NCBI GenBank assembly: GCA_951406725.2
Contig: OX597834.1
Location: 11,408,001-11,472,000, forward strand
Direction of reading: 5' to 3'
Source of the DNA: Octopus vulgaris
Lineage: Eukaryota
DNA: 64,000 bases
Shown here: positions 22,651 to 36,878 of the stretch, piece after piece
Numbering within the stretch: position 1 is the stretch's first letter
Layout: each line of letters opens with the position of its first letter
The notes under the pieces: model-generated
Database searches by the model: none
Told to the model about the DNA's origin: nothing
What the model saw: only the letters and a program-made list of their open reading frames with translations
Position numbers and translations under genes: made by a program

Positions 22651-24659
22651 AGTGGTCCATAGATTTTAAGAAGAACGTGAAAGTGACAAGACATGGACCC
22701 AGGGAAGCTATTAATGGTGAGATATTTTGATGGAAGTAGAGGTTTATTACTGAGAGTATTTTCACGCTGGGAGGATAATAAGGATGTGTACAATTTTCAA
22801 ACTGGTAATTTATCATACTACAGCAAAAGAATTAATGATAGGTTAATATCAATAATGTATATATCGGAAAGTTAGCAAGATATTAACGGTGAGAATTTAA
22901 AATGTATATCATGTAGATTTTAATATAACAATATTTTAAAGCGAGGGACGATAGTTATGAGGAAAAAGTTATTAATTTTCAATATTTCGCAAAATTTAAT
23001 GGCTCCAAAAATTTTCATGGTCAGAAAGTGTTGATGGAATTTTAGCATACAGAGTGGGAAATTAGTAACCGTTGCAACGTTTTATTATTATGACTGCATT
23101 AATATTGGTAAAATATTATAGGTTTTCGGAATATATTGATAGTGATACTAAAAGCGGGAAAATAATGACGGTGTGAGTATATTAATTTCGGCAATGGGGC
23201 TTAATAACTAAGGGTGCCAGTTTAAATGAATTTATCGATATTTTTGCTTTAATTTACTTAATGTCTTGTGATGATGGCATTCTTAATTATGATGATTGGT
23301 AAATAAGATAATGATATCGTACAGCCAAAGGGGTTTGATAAATACTAAAAGAAATATACCATGACATGCAAAATAACACAAAAACACACATTCGAATGCA
23401 CATGTATATATATGTATGTATATGCATATGTATGTATATATATGTATGTATATGCATATGTATGTATATATATGTATGTATATTTATATATGTATGTATA
23501 TTTATATATGTATATGTATATACATTTGTATATGTATGTATATGTATATGTGTATATATATAAAGAGAAAGACAGACAGAGATAGGGAGAAAGAGACAGA
23601 GAGAGACAGATGATTGATGACGGCCCAAATCGAAATAACGATCCAGAGAAATTGGCAGCTGCTACAGATATAATGAAATATATACAAACGAAAGAATGGT
23701 TCTTCTTACATCTCTTAGTACATCCAAGATGTAATACAAAAAATACACACACACGTACACGCATACATTCACACATACAAAGACACGTAAATAATATACA
23801 TACACTCATAACTAAATGTAAATATATATATCAAACTTCTATTTCTATTTTGAGTTCTTTGTGTATCATGTATCAATATATTCTAATTAAATATATTTGT
23901 CTGTCCGTCTGTCTATCTATATACATATATATATATATAATGTATATATCATGTATATACACACAATGTATGTGTGTGTATATATATATATATATATTAT
24001 GATATATAAACACGTACAATGTATATCTATCTATACATCTATCTATCTATCTATACATCTATACATCTATACATACATCTATATATCTATCTATACATCT
24101 ATATATCTATCTATATATCTATCTATACATCTATATATCTATCAATATATCCATATATCTATATATATATATATATATATATGCACAATGTATGTGCATT
24201 TTGCTTATATACACTAACGCGCAAATATATGTCTGTGTTTGTTTCTCTCAGCGTGTTTATGTGTGAAAATGCTCGGGAGGAAATTATAATTATTGCGCTG
24301 AATGCTCTCAAAAGCCTTATTGCAGAGCGACAGGTTTCCTGGATTAGCTGCATCGCTGAGAATCGCACTACATTTGGCCATATTATGAAGATAAGTAAAA
24401 CCCAGGAGGTCGTCCGTTTTGTCGTGAGAGTTGCTTAAATATCATACTCCAACGAAATGATAGAGAGATAATTGGATATTTTGCGGGCAGCTTCCCAATA
24501 AAGAATTTGCGACCGTTTAGGAGGAACAGTAGTTTGCAATCGTTGTTATTATTATGAAGTTAACGAGGGCTGAGAGTTGACAGAATCGTTAGCACGGAAA
24601 AGGAAAAGGGAGAATAATTTTTTTATTATGGGTTTAAGCCAAAACAATATTGCCCATGG

Positions 24660-24866
24660 ATAGATGATGAAAATAGAGTATAGCAAAGCAACACTCGAAA
24701 ACAAATACTCAATAAATGAAAATAGAGTATAGCATGATGAAAATAGAGTATAGCAAAGCAACACTCGAAAACAAATACTCAATAAACATATACAACGCCC
24801 GGTCTGGGAATCTAAACCGCGATCCTCCGACCGCGAGTCCGCTGCCCTCACCACTAGGCCATTGCG
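24660..24866 (-). mobile_element. SINE family C head with local tandem duplications at its 3' junction
   Basis: Reverse complement of GCGCAATGGCCTAGTGGTGAGGGCAGCGGACTCGCGG...; ATGAAAATAGAGTATAGCA occurs three times. Confidence 0.75.
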
Positions 24867-24897
24867 CTCGCTCGCTCTCTCTCTCTCTCTCTTTCTT

Positions 24898-24933
<36 letters not shown>

Positions 24934-25214
24934 TCTCTTTCTCACACACAAAAAAAATAATAAACGTTTCAGTTAAAACATCCTCCTGTGGTGTATAACC
25001 ACTTTAGCGTAATAACATAAATATATTTTATTTTACTCTATGTCGTCCAATTTCATTTCATTTCCATGGAAAATTTGAATCTGTATATAAATAATCAAGG
25101 AACAATTCCTTCATTTTCTCTAACTATAAGTTTATTATTATTGTTGTTGCTGTTCTTACTGTTATTATTAGTACCTACATATATAAAAATGTGCGCGCCT
25201 ATGAATGTTTATCT

Positions 25215-25628
25215 CTTTTTTCTCTTTTTACTTGTTTCAGTCATTTTGACTGCGGCCATGCTGGTGCACCGCCTTTAATCGAGCAACTCGACCCCGGGAC
25301 TTATTCTTTGTAAGCCCAGTACTTATTCTATCGGTCTCTTTTGCCGAACCGCTAAGTGACCGGGACGTAAACACACCAGCATCGGTTGTCAAGCAATGCT
25401 AGGGGGACAAACACAGACACACAAACATACACGCACACACATATATATATACATATATATATACGATGGGATTCTTTCAGTTTCCGCCTACCAAATCCAC
25501 TCACAAGGCTTTGGTCGACCCGAGGCTATAGTAGAAGACAGTTACCCAAGGTGCCACGCAGTGGGACTGAACCCGGAACCATGTGGTTGGTAAACTAGCT
25601 ACTTACCACACAGCCACTCCTGCGCCTA
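25215..25628 (-). mobile_element. SINE family A, full length
   Basis: Complete reverse-complement copy. Confidence 0.9.
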
Positions 25629-26119
25629 TATATACGCCTATATATACGTTTATCAAAGAAATGAGAGACATAGGAATAAAAGCACATTTCTTATATGCTC
25701 TTCAGCGGCGATGCTTTTGTGTTCTTATTTCCCTCTCACAGCTAGGCTTTGTAAAATTTGAAATATTTCTGATTAACAGTGCGTTGTGCATAACACACAC
25801 GCGCACTCATATACACTCATACACAAATACATCTATAACATGTACACATACATACAAATATAATATATATATATATACATATGTACATATAGTGTAGATT
25901 ACACACATATGTTTCTATATATTTCTCGGCATACATGTATATACATTCATATACGCATATACATACACACAATCACACAAACATATGATCATATATATAT
26001 ATTCTCATACGTGTGTGTATGTGTTCACCTATATATACAATGTTTAACACACTCATCTAGACACTCGTATATATGCCACCCACACACATACACATACAGA
26101 CACACATGTATATATGTAT

Positions 26120-26301
<182 letters not shown>

Positions 26302-26889
26302 ATATTCATGTTCATATTTATGTATGTTACACACACATGCTCGTATATCTATTGAGGAAATCAGGTAAATATTTACAAATACACACGCTGACACAATTAA
26401 CACATCTAATAAACACGCATCCTATTTGCGAAATACGAGGAATTGGCCACATTATTATCATTGGCACTATACATTGTTCCTGCAAAGTCTATTGACAAGA
26501 CTATCTTGAAAGGAAACGTTTCAAACATTAAATACATTTCAATATAATTTGTGTTTCAATACCTTGCCAGCAATTCGATGTTCTATGACTATTATTATTA
26601 ATTTTGGCATTATTGCAATAGCGAAATATATATTCTTACACACGCACAAGAACGCATAAATATATACAGCGTTGCACAAATGTACACACACACGCGGATA
26701 CACGCACACAAACACAGGCAAGCACATACCAGTGCGCGCGAACACACACACAGCCACACACACACACATACTATCCATAAAAAATGTAAATCATCCATTA
26801 TGGGCGCCCCCACAAATATACATAAGATTCCATCATATACAAGATATGTTTGTGCGTATACGATGTATATATATATGATATAAATATTT

Positions 26890-26915
26890 ATACTACATAC
26901 ATACATACATGCATG

Positions 26916-26958
<43 letters not shown>

Positions 26959-27350
26959 TACATACATACATGCATGTATATATATATATATATATACTAC
27001 GTACATGCATGTATATATATATATATATATACTACGTACATACATATATGTATGTATATATATACTACGTACATATATGTATATATATATATACTACGTA
27101 CATACATATATGTATATATATATACTACGTACATACATATATGTATATATATATATACTACGTACATACATATATGTATATATATATACTACGTACATAC
27201 ATATATGTATATATATATACTACGTACATACATATATGTATATATATATATATATATATATACTACGTACATACATATATGTATATATATACTACGTACA
27301 TACATATATGTATATGTATACTACGTACATACATATATGTGTATATATAT
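26890..27350. repeat. CTACGTACATACATATATG(TA)n minisatellite
   Basis: About 12 units of 26-40 bp. Confidence 0.9.
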
Positions 27351-27591
27351 ATATGATATATATATATATATATTCACGGAGATTGATAGATAAATAGATG
27401 GATCGACAGATGCATATTTTTGCGTATATATTTACGTATACATACGTAATAAGATGGAAGCATACATCTAAATTTAAGTAGTGGACTTGTATATTCACGT
27501 ATGACCCAAGTTTTTATAACGTTTTCATTTGCATACAAATATACATATATAGAAATTCAAAACACATAATAACACTGACAATGTAAATAAG

Positions 27592-27639
<48 letters not shown>

Positions 27640-27679
27640 AATAATACAATGAAAAGATGAAAGTAAAATATTAATTTAC

Positions 27680-27877
27680 CCTGTCAATCAATTGTCGTAT
27701 CATTCCATCCCACTCCAGATTGTCATTTGGGGCGCCATATTTGCCATCGGGCACCAACTCAATTATATACTCAAATCCAACAATTTGTGCTATCTCATGC
27801 AGCAAATCTACGCAGAATCCTTCGTACCGACTATTCCCCTCGGCATTTTCATCTTTAACCATCACATATGGCTTCTC
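27680..27877 (-). CDS. Kainate-type iGluR (GRIK-like) exon, S1 ligand-binding segment
   Basis: tttcag|EKPYVMVKDENAEGNSRYEGFCVDLLHEIAQIVGFEYIIELVPDGKYGAPNDNLEWDGMIRQLIDR|gtaaat; 198 nt, phase 0/0; YEGFCVDLL, DGKYG and WxGM motifs. Confidence 0.97.
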
Positions 27878-28182
27878 CTGAAATTGTAAAATGTTTAATA
27901 GTTTTGTATCAGAGCGATTAGTGTGTCATATCTTAGGGAATATATATTAAATTTATACATATATATATATATATATATAAAATATATACGTATGAATTCA
28001 TTGTGTTCATATAACATACAAATAACAGTAACTGTTGCAATTTTCATATTTTCCACTAACAGAAAACTAGAGATGTAACGTAAAGGTGTGTAGAAAATGA
28101 AATATTTACTCACTGATTGAATGAATAGCATTATCTTACCGAGAAATTACGTATATTTTACAGCTCTGATTTTAGTATTTAC

Positions 28183-28229
<47 letters not shown>

Positions 28230-28771
28230 AATTTGATTTAAAAACCCCACTAGAATGGGAAAAAGCGCTAATACATGATCTAAGTTATATGATGTATAAA
28301 AGATACAAATATATATCTGTAAATATAAACCAACCGATTTTCTGAGTACCTCATTTCTTCTAATATAAAATACATGTACATCATCTCCAAACCTTACAAT
28401 ATATATAAACATATGTGTGTGAGAGCTGCTGATATCTGGTAGTTCCGTAAAAAGCTAAGTAACTGAATCAAAATACTATTGACATATTCTGACTATGATA
28501 ATATTATTAGCAATATTATAGATATAACACAAAAGGACCTAATCGGAACCATTAGAATTAATAATTGATACGTGAGGTCTTATTGACCGTTGAAATAGCA
28601 TGATTGAAATACAACAGTCCACTGCATTTTCCTAAAATTTATATTGACTTTCCGAGCTTAATTCTTGCGAAAGACACTAATGTTTGGAGAGCTGGTGTAA
28701 TGAAGCTAATTTGACCTCAGCCTTTCAGTGTAACATTAGTCAAAGCCATATTTTCTGATTTGTATATGCAT

Positions 28772-29020
28772 GTGTTTCGCTAGGCTGGAATTTGTGTTCA
28801 GTGTAATTTTAAGGTCAAATCCTTTGAAAGTGTTAATTAAATCATCTCTCTGTCGCTCCAATCCGTGCTAATTATTATTGCGGGTTAATAGTACACTGCT
28901 GTCCCTGTATATTTTAAATTCTATAACGTTATATTTAGCTAGACAGTTGCCTAAAATGAATAATCCTATTCGATTATAGATTTCCCTTCTCCTATAGCGC
29001 CGCATAAGCGCAACGAAGGT
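28772..29020 (-). mobile_element. Decayed Penelope-like element reverse transcriptase fragment (flanks, about 28440-30370, may belong to the same element)
   Basis: One frame reads TFVALMRRYRRREIYNRIGLFILGNCLAKYNVIEFKIYRDSSVLLTRNNN*HGLERQRDDLINTFKGFDLKITLNTN. This aligns by eye with the PLE RT pattern [22 protein letters not shown]...LYRDDGL...ERxKKxLIxIFKxxGLKITIxTN. Confidence 0.65.
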
Positions 29021-30414
29021 TTCAAATGCGCTGGTTAGAAGGCAATGTGTTAAAAGATATTGTTTTTGCTTTGGCTATAATTGCAACATTTCTATCTACG
29101 ATTAAGCCCAGTTTTATTGTAGGCATTGCAAGGGTGTCAGTTTGGTGACGTTGATTATCGACATACTTTTGTGATTAATTGGGTCGTTAGTTTGAGGCAT
29201 GCTTGAATTTCTCCTACACACTCTACATTTTAAGCTACAGTATTGCTGAAATCTCCACTCGCACGTTGAAATGGCTTGAAAGTTAGTCGTGATCGTGTAT
29301 ACATTTAGGGTATTGATTCTGTATCCTGCGGTTTTATCAATAAGCTATAGATTTGGAAATAGAGAATGTAATCAAGTCCCTTTTTATTCCGAGGTTTCCA
29401 CTCATGCGCTGAAATCAGGGGCTACATTTGGGAGCCTTCTTGTGTATATTTGAAGCACTGATTCTACATGTCTCTTAAGATTGTTTCCCTATAAGATATA
29501 GACTTGGAGATATATCATATCTTTTTATATATTGAAGTTTACATTCATGAGTTAAAATTGGATAATACGTTTATTTTGCACATTGGGGTGTTGAGATGTT
29601 AGACCTGTTCTTGTTTATATTTGGGGCATGAACGAAAAAGAAACATTCATCCGTTTTGATGCCATATCACCAATATTGGTTTCAAATTTTGGCAGAAAAT
29701 TACCATTTTCGAAGAAGTGTGTCAGTCGATTACATCGATTCCAGTACTCAGTTGGTATCGACGCCGAAAGGATGAAAGGCAAAGTCAACCTAGGCGAGAT
29801 TTAAGCGCAGAACGCAGAGACGGACGAAATGCCGGTAATCACTTCACCCGGCATGCTAACAATTCTATTAGCCTTAAATCCGATATTTTGGTGGGCCCTA
29901 AAATTGAGAGAGATTATAATAAACATTGAAGGGATTTAAAGGTCAAAATCGACTCTTTAGTATAATCCTCGATTTCAAAACACTTAAAACTGCCTTGGCA
30001 ACCATCAGATAAAGAACTCACTCTGAATTAGTAGAGGACATGCTATCCAATTTCAGTAAGTCTGATTACACAAACGTTCACTTGGATTGCTTACTAGAAA
30101 AAAGACTGGTCATTCAAGCAAGCAACAATATTTCGTCAGCGTATAAAAAGAAAGTGTAAACAATCTCGTATGGAAATTGTGATATATATGAGAGCAAGTT
30201 TTTGCTAGAGCGTTCAGTATGTCTGCTCGATAACCTCGCTGTTGTTTGATCTATAAAAAATGCTTCTTGGATTTCAGAATAAATGATCATTCTATGTTTT
30301 AGTATGTATTTTTTAGTGACAGCTCCAATAGTTTCAAATGTATAGTAAAATACAATTTCAAGGAGGCCTAAACCGATATACTCTCTCTCTTTACTTGTTT
30401 CAGTCAGTTCAGTC

Positions 30415-30450
30415 ATCGAGAGGTCCCCGGTTCAATCCCGGGCGTCCCCT
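30415..30450 (+). pseudogene. 3' half of a tRNA (Cys-like); the 5' half is absent
   Basis: ATCGAGAGGTCCCCGGTTCAATCCCGGGCGTCCCCT closely resembles the eukaryotic tRNA-Cys 3' half (ATCAAGAGGTCCCCGGTTCAAATCCGGGTGCCCCCT); the T-arm is intact. Confidence 0.65.
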
Positions 30451-30466
30451 TTGAAATTTTCATTCT

Positions 30467-30700
30467 AAGGCGGCGAGCTGGCAGAAACGTTAACACGCCG
30501 GGCAAAATGCGTAGCCGTATTTCGTCTGCCGCAACGTTCTGAGTTCAAATTCCGCCGAGGTCAACTTTGCCTTTCATCCTTTCGGGGTCGATTAAATAAG
30601 TACCAGTTACGCACTGGAGTCGATATTATCGACTTAATCCGTCTGTCTGTCCTTGTTTGTCCCCTCTCTGTGTTTAGCCCCAGGAGGGTAGTAAAGAAAT
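30467..30700 (+). mobile_element. SINE family B, full monomer
   Basis: AAGGCGGCGAGCTGGCAGAAACGTT...GTAAAGAAAT. Confidence 0.9.
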
Positions 30701-31380
30701 AATTGTTTCAGTCATTTGATTTGTTGATATGATTATTTTCAATACATGCATTGTGTTAATGACTTCAAGTTTGTAAATTTTGTTATTACTGATTATCTGG
30801 AGTTCCTTGCGAAAACTGTTATGTTTGGAATCAGTCCTTCAAATGCATACAAGAATATGCATAAATCTCGGGTATGAAAGCTATAAAACACAAATGAGGC
30901 CTAAAATTCATGGCAAGAATAAGTATTACAGCATATAAATGGGTATGCCGCATTTTCTAAACTGGAAAGGTTAAAAGTTCAAAGTATATTTGAAGTTAGT
31001 TGTCCACATGTAACCAAGATTAGAACTAACTTTCAAGAAAGGAAAATTTCTTCTAGTTTCCATTATTTATAAATTTTGTTTATAACTTTTTTTCAGCCAG
31101 GGCCTTTAATTCCTTCTCCCAGAGAAATGAGAATAAAAAGTTGCCTCCCCAAAAATATATGAATTGAAAACTTGAGGCTACCGACATATCTACAATAAAA
31201 ACATATTACCCAATACCGGCAGTATATTTACGTTTCTATTCAATTAAATTAAATTACTCATGGTGATAATTTATTAATATGAAATTAATTCAATTGAATC
31301 TGCACACGTGATACATGCCGAAGGCGAATATGTCTGATGTGCCAGCACATTACTGAAAAAGCCATATTGCTGTGAGCAGT

Positions 31381-31420
<40 letters not shown>

Positions 31421-31931
31421 ATATATATATATGTATATATATAAACGTTTAATTTTTTTAGTCTTAGAACAAGAAAATGCGTTTGAAGTTAATTAAATTA
31501 ACTCAAACTTATCCTCTGGTAGACATTTAACAAACTTTGTCAGTGCGATGAAAGGAGAAGTTGAAAATCGGTGTGTTTTGCACTCAAAACGTAACGTTAT
31601 GTGGCAGATTTCAAAAGATATCTAGTGATCGGATTTATAATGAACGTTCATGTAGGTGTAGCTTCGAGCGACGTTCCACTCATTATGTTAGGCAAGGAAA
31701 GAGCTAAGTAAATGATTCTATTTCTGGAACTAGCAGAATTGTTTGATACGCATAAAAACATTTATCGTGTCATCTCTTCTAAAGATATTTAAAAAATTAA
31801 AACCTAGAATTTCTTATGTTTACTTATATTATAGCTCTGATATAACTGTAACGATGAATATATGTATATTCATATACATTAATACACACATACATATATA
31901 TGTATATCTATGTAGAAAAACATATATAAGC

Positions 31932-31977
<46 letters not shown>

Positions 31978-32263
31978 GCAATATGTGTATATGAGTATGA
32001 GAATATACATATGTCTGAATTTAGTTGTATGTATTTATTTATGTGTATCCGTACATTCTAATTCGTGTGTATAAATGCTAAAAGAAAAATTCGTAACATA
32101 CCTTCGGGAGACTATGAATTAATTAATTCATTATACACGCACACACACATTTACATGTATATATGTATATCTATCTATCTATCTAAAAGGGCATGTATGT
32201 AAAGGTACATATGTACAAGCACACACATGTAAGTATATATTTACGTGTATCTCTCTGTCTCTT

Positions 32264-32335
<72 letters not shown>

Positions 32336-32971
32336 ACGCTGCGTGAGGTGGAGTCTGTGTGTATGTGGATGCATTTTCCCCTGAAGTAGAAAATATCTCA
32401 TTTACTGAAGAGTGGAAAGTGGAATTCTGTTGCGTTGAAGCATTCCTTTCCCAAGTGCGCTATGCGAGTTAAATAACAAACTAAATCGAAACACAGTCTC
32501 TTGATATCAGCTCTCACTCTCTGGGATCTAACCATATATTCTATATTGATCTCTATCTAACTGATATACAGAAATAATTTCATGCGTAATCGATTACATA
32601 TTTATACAGAGTAAACAATAGAAATATATTTTTATGTCCAACAGATTAGATCGGGTAACATTAAATAGAAATTCGGTTTAGAAGAAGTTACGTATCAACA
32701 GATGAATATAAATATTTTTAACACAACAGAATTAAAATGTAACAAAAAAATATATATATTTAATACTCGTGGCGATTTATGTATTTGGCAAATGACAGCA
32801 CAAAGAAAAAGCAAAGCGAAGCGAAGCAAAGCAAATAACAAAATAAGAATGTAAGCTAAAATTTAAGACATCGTTAAAAAAAATTAAAACAATGCATCTA
32901 TTTCCTAATGATGTATATTCTTGCTTGCGTAAGTTCTGTAAGTATACAGATGCCTTCATATATATATATAC

Positions 32972-33006
<35 letters not shown>

Positions 33007-34401
33007 ATATTTAGTTATATATATTACATATTATATATTTTGCATATGTGTATTTAAATGTATGCAATAATTACATATATATTTGTATATATATATATAT
33101 ATATATATATTTGTATATTTAGTTATATATACATATATATTACATATTATATATTTTGTATATGTGTATTTAAATGTATGTAATAATTACATATATATTT
33201 GTGTATATATATATTTATATATGTAATATATACATACATATTTAATTGCTATGTATAATGTATATAATATATATATATATATTGCATATTATATATTTTG
33301 TATATGTGTATATAAATGTGTGTAATAATTACATATATATTTGTGTATATATACATTTATATATGTAATATATACATACATATTTAATAAGTGTGTACAA
33401 TGTATATAATATATATATATATATGTATATAATATATATATATATGTATATAATATATATATATATATACCTATAATTTGTATATTTTTATATATGTGCA
33501 CATATATGTGTGTGTTTGTGTGTTGCTTGTGTGTGTAAATTTTCGACATGTTTTCCTCCTACTTTCATGAATGCAAGTACATCTTTCATTTATATACACA
33601 GTTTAAATTCAGAATATAAAATATAACATAGATAATCACTACGGGGAATTTTTGCTCGCCGTTCTTCCGATACTGCTATGAGTAATAATAATAATGATAA
33701 TAATAATAATATACTGAATATTAACAACATTATTCTTTTGCCCTGCAATAAAAATTCGAAACTTTTAGAAATCATTTAAATAAACATTAAAAAAATATCG
33801 CAAAACAGAAACCTAACAAAACGGCGAATGTTTTCTTTTTATGTAAAAAAAAAAAAATATATATATATTTTAGGCATATAAAGAAAAAAAAAGGAAATAG
33901 ATAAAAGTGAAAAAAAAAAATCAAAGGCTGAAATGTAATAGACATTAATAATAATGATTATTGGCACAGTTACAGAAAGCTAGAGGGGAAATTTTAAAAT
34001 CCATTCAAAGGCTTTCCTGTACATTCGGCTGTATATTTTATTGATCTGAAAATCATGAAAGACAGCGAAAGCCTGACGAGGTTTCAACACCTGAGAGAAA
34101 GTGATGCAATTCTGTACGGCAAATCTTTAATCCAACATTTCATTATTTCTTCCATTTTTCATGCTTTCTCTAAATGTTTAAAGCCTGTTTAATTTATAAT
34201 ATTGAAATCTGTAAAGGAGATTAATAGTTTTTTTCAAAAAATTTTAAAAGTGTAGGGCTGATGCCTATTTCTTCGTACCCGAAGTATGAAAATTAAAATT
34301 AAGCCAAGTAATCTCAACAGATAATCTAGATCCCCGATGTGTAGGAACAGAAAATACATCATATACTGGGATTTAGGAGTAGTGTGCCCCCCCCCCCCAC
34401 C

Positions 34402-34738
34402 AAGGCGCGTGGCTCAGTGGTTAGAGCGTCGAGCTTACGATCGTGAGGTTGTGAGCTCGAATCCCGGACCGGGCTGCGTGTTGTGTTCTGGAGCAAGGCA
34501 CTTTATTTCACGTTGCTCCAGTTCACTCAGCTGTAGAAATGAGTTGCGACGTCACAGGTGCCAAGCTGTATTCGGCCCCTTTGCCTTTCCCTTGGACAAC
34601 ATCGGTGACGTGGAGAGGGGAGGCCGGTATGCATGGGCGACTGCTGGTCTTCCATAAAACAACTTTCCCCAGACTTGTGCCTGGCCTGATGGGGTAACTT
34701 TCTATGTGCAATCCCATGGTCAGTGTCTGACCCACACC
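34402..34738 (+). mobile_element. tRNA-derived SINE family D
   Basis: GGCGCGTGGCTCAGTGGTTAGAGCG (A box)...GAGCTCGAATCCC (B box)...CACTTTATTTCACGTTGCTCC; shared with 63486. Confidence 0.85.
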
Positions 34739-35465
34739 AAAAAAAAAAAAAACTCGGCTCAGCTGTAAATTTTCTAACGTGTTGCGCTTTTGTTTATGAC
34801 ACATCTGTAGTTTGACTTTATTTCACATCTGGTTTTAACATGTTCGAAATATCTACGAGAGATTTGCAGCTGTGTTGTAAATTCACATCAATTTGACAAC
34901 GTGTTTATCTATATTTTTTCCACTCACGCCCATTCAAATTATATGGAATGTCAAGAAGGTGAATTGATTACGATGATTGTTTAGCAACCACACATTCTGA
35001 GGTCAGGTGGAATTGTGCTTGATATATAAATATACCATTCAAACACGCGCACACATAGATCTTAGGCTTTCACTTCATACACGCTAGCTCAATTTGATTC
35101 GTTCTCAGTCGAAAGTCACCTGTTGCTATCCTTGTTGCTTATATTCGTAATTATGTACCATGTTCTCCGTTTTTTGCCTTTGTAGTCATAAACATTTGCT
35201 AGCTTTCTTACAAAGAGGTCTAATGCTCTTGGCTTAGTTTTTTTGGGGGGGTAACCAAATCGAACAATCTCAAGTGTAATTACCCGAAATGGTCATGACG
35301 TCTGGTACTTGACTGAAGAAAGAAGCCCACTAATAACTCGTCTTCTTTTCCCCTATCATTCTAATTGTTTCTCTTATCTGCCTTTGTATTCTCTGTCTGT
35401 CTGTCTGGATGTTTTTTTATAGTCCTCTATTGCATTTTTGTTCTCATATATATATATATATATAT

Positions 35466-35693
35466 AAGGCGGCGAGCTGGCAGAATCGTTAGCGCGCCGG
35501 GCGAAATGCTTAGCCGTATTTCATCTGTTGTTACGTTCTGAATTCAAATTCCGCCGAGGTCGACTTTGCCTTTCATCCTTTTGGGGTCGATAAATAGAGT
35601 ACCAGTTTCGCACTGGGGTCGATGTAATCGACTTAATCCCTTTGTCTGTCTTTGTTTGTCCCCCCTTTGTTTAGCCCCTTGTGGGCAGTAAAG

Positions 35694-35697
<4 letters not shown>
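35466..35697 (+). mobile_element. SINE family B, full monomer inserted in (TA)n
   Basis: Family consensus throughout; (TA)n on both sides. Confidence 0.9.
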
Positions 35698-35729
<32 letters not shown>

Positions 35730-36072
35730 ATATATTTAGTAATAAGAAAATTCAAACGTATATACGAGATGGAACTGTCATGTTCTATTAGGATTTGACG
35801 AAATTGCCGTGGGGATAGTAATGTTGTCATTTAACAAGATCCTGCGCACGTAAGAGCACATGAGTTTTCATTGTGTTCGCTCATTCAATATCTACGCTTG
35901 TTGTTAAAAACCTACTGCCTGTCTTTGATAGAAAGATTATAGAAATCATTTAATTGATTGTCATTTAGTCCTTTATCTAAATTTGGACATCTAATTATAT
36001 GTTGCTTCTGCTGTTTCGAAATTTTGAGATGTGTTGCCAGATTTGTAACAATAATTCCTTGTAATAGCCTGG

Positions 36073-36104
<32 letters not shown>

Positions 36105-36349
36105 GTTGACAGTTTTAACAATTATACCTTTATTGCTGTGTAGATTAATTTTAATTGTTACAATAGTAGTAAATATAGCTTAATTTTTGCAAATATTTTA
36201 CGCTTCCAAAATAGATGTCTTGCAAACAACTTGCACATGCAAGTGCTACCAGTCAAATGCTCCGTATACCGGAAGCCAGTAAGTGTATGGGGTCATCAGG
36301 AGAGAATGCGCGCCGTTTCGGGGCCAACCTCGACGGCATTAATGCACAC

Positions 36350-36580
36350 CGGCGAGCTGGCAGAAACGTTAGCACGCCGGGTGAAATGCTTAGCCGTATT
36401 TCGTCTGCCGTTACGTTCTGAGTTCAAATTCCGCCGAGGTAGACTTTACCTTACATCCTTTCGGGGTCGATAAATTAAGTACCAGTTACGCACTGGGGCC
36501 GATGTAATCAACTTAATCCGTTTGTCTGTCCTTGTTTGTCCTCTCTGTGTTTAGCCCCTTGTGGGTAGTAAAGAAATAGG
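36350..36580 (+). mobile_element. SINE family B with a probable TSD
   Basis: Flanked by GGCATTAATGCACACCGG and GGCATCAATACACACCGG. Confidence 0.9.
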
Positions 36581-36878
36581 CATCAATACACACCGGTCCC
36601 CCTCACTGATATGAGCCCCTGCTTGCTAGATCAGCTGGTTATCAAATTTAGCTCAATATCCTTCTAGCCATCGCTCATCGTATCTGTTTAACCAAATCCA
36701 GTGGCTAACCTTCTCCACTGTAGATAATACATTTCCAAATCGCCCTGGGGAGTTTATGCAGTTGCAGCAACGATAAAGTGATAGTATGTTGTTAACTTAA
36801 CAGGAAACTGTGTTTCCTAGGACTAAATAACAGTAGCGTTCTTCCCTTTCATGGGACTGTCACATTAGGTTGACATTA

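Larger units (their letters stand above)
21613..22716. repeat. Tandem duplication with a 229-bp period; the second unit is interrupted by a SINE
   Basis: ATGACATTGG.CGTTAGACTAGATCTC starts at 21613 and 21842; unit 2 resumes at 22651 after the SINE. Confidence 0.85.

Noticed and set aside
24283-24552. Non-repetitive GC-richer patch that might be another R4/Dong 3' remnant
   Set aside because: Too degenerate to assign without a profile search.
34402-34475. Apparent tRNA genes at SINE heads (also 9851, 18136, 37218, 58188, 63486)
   Set aside because: A and B boxes are present but the cloverleaf is imperfect, and each runs into a shared SINE body.
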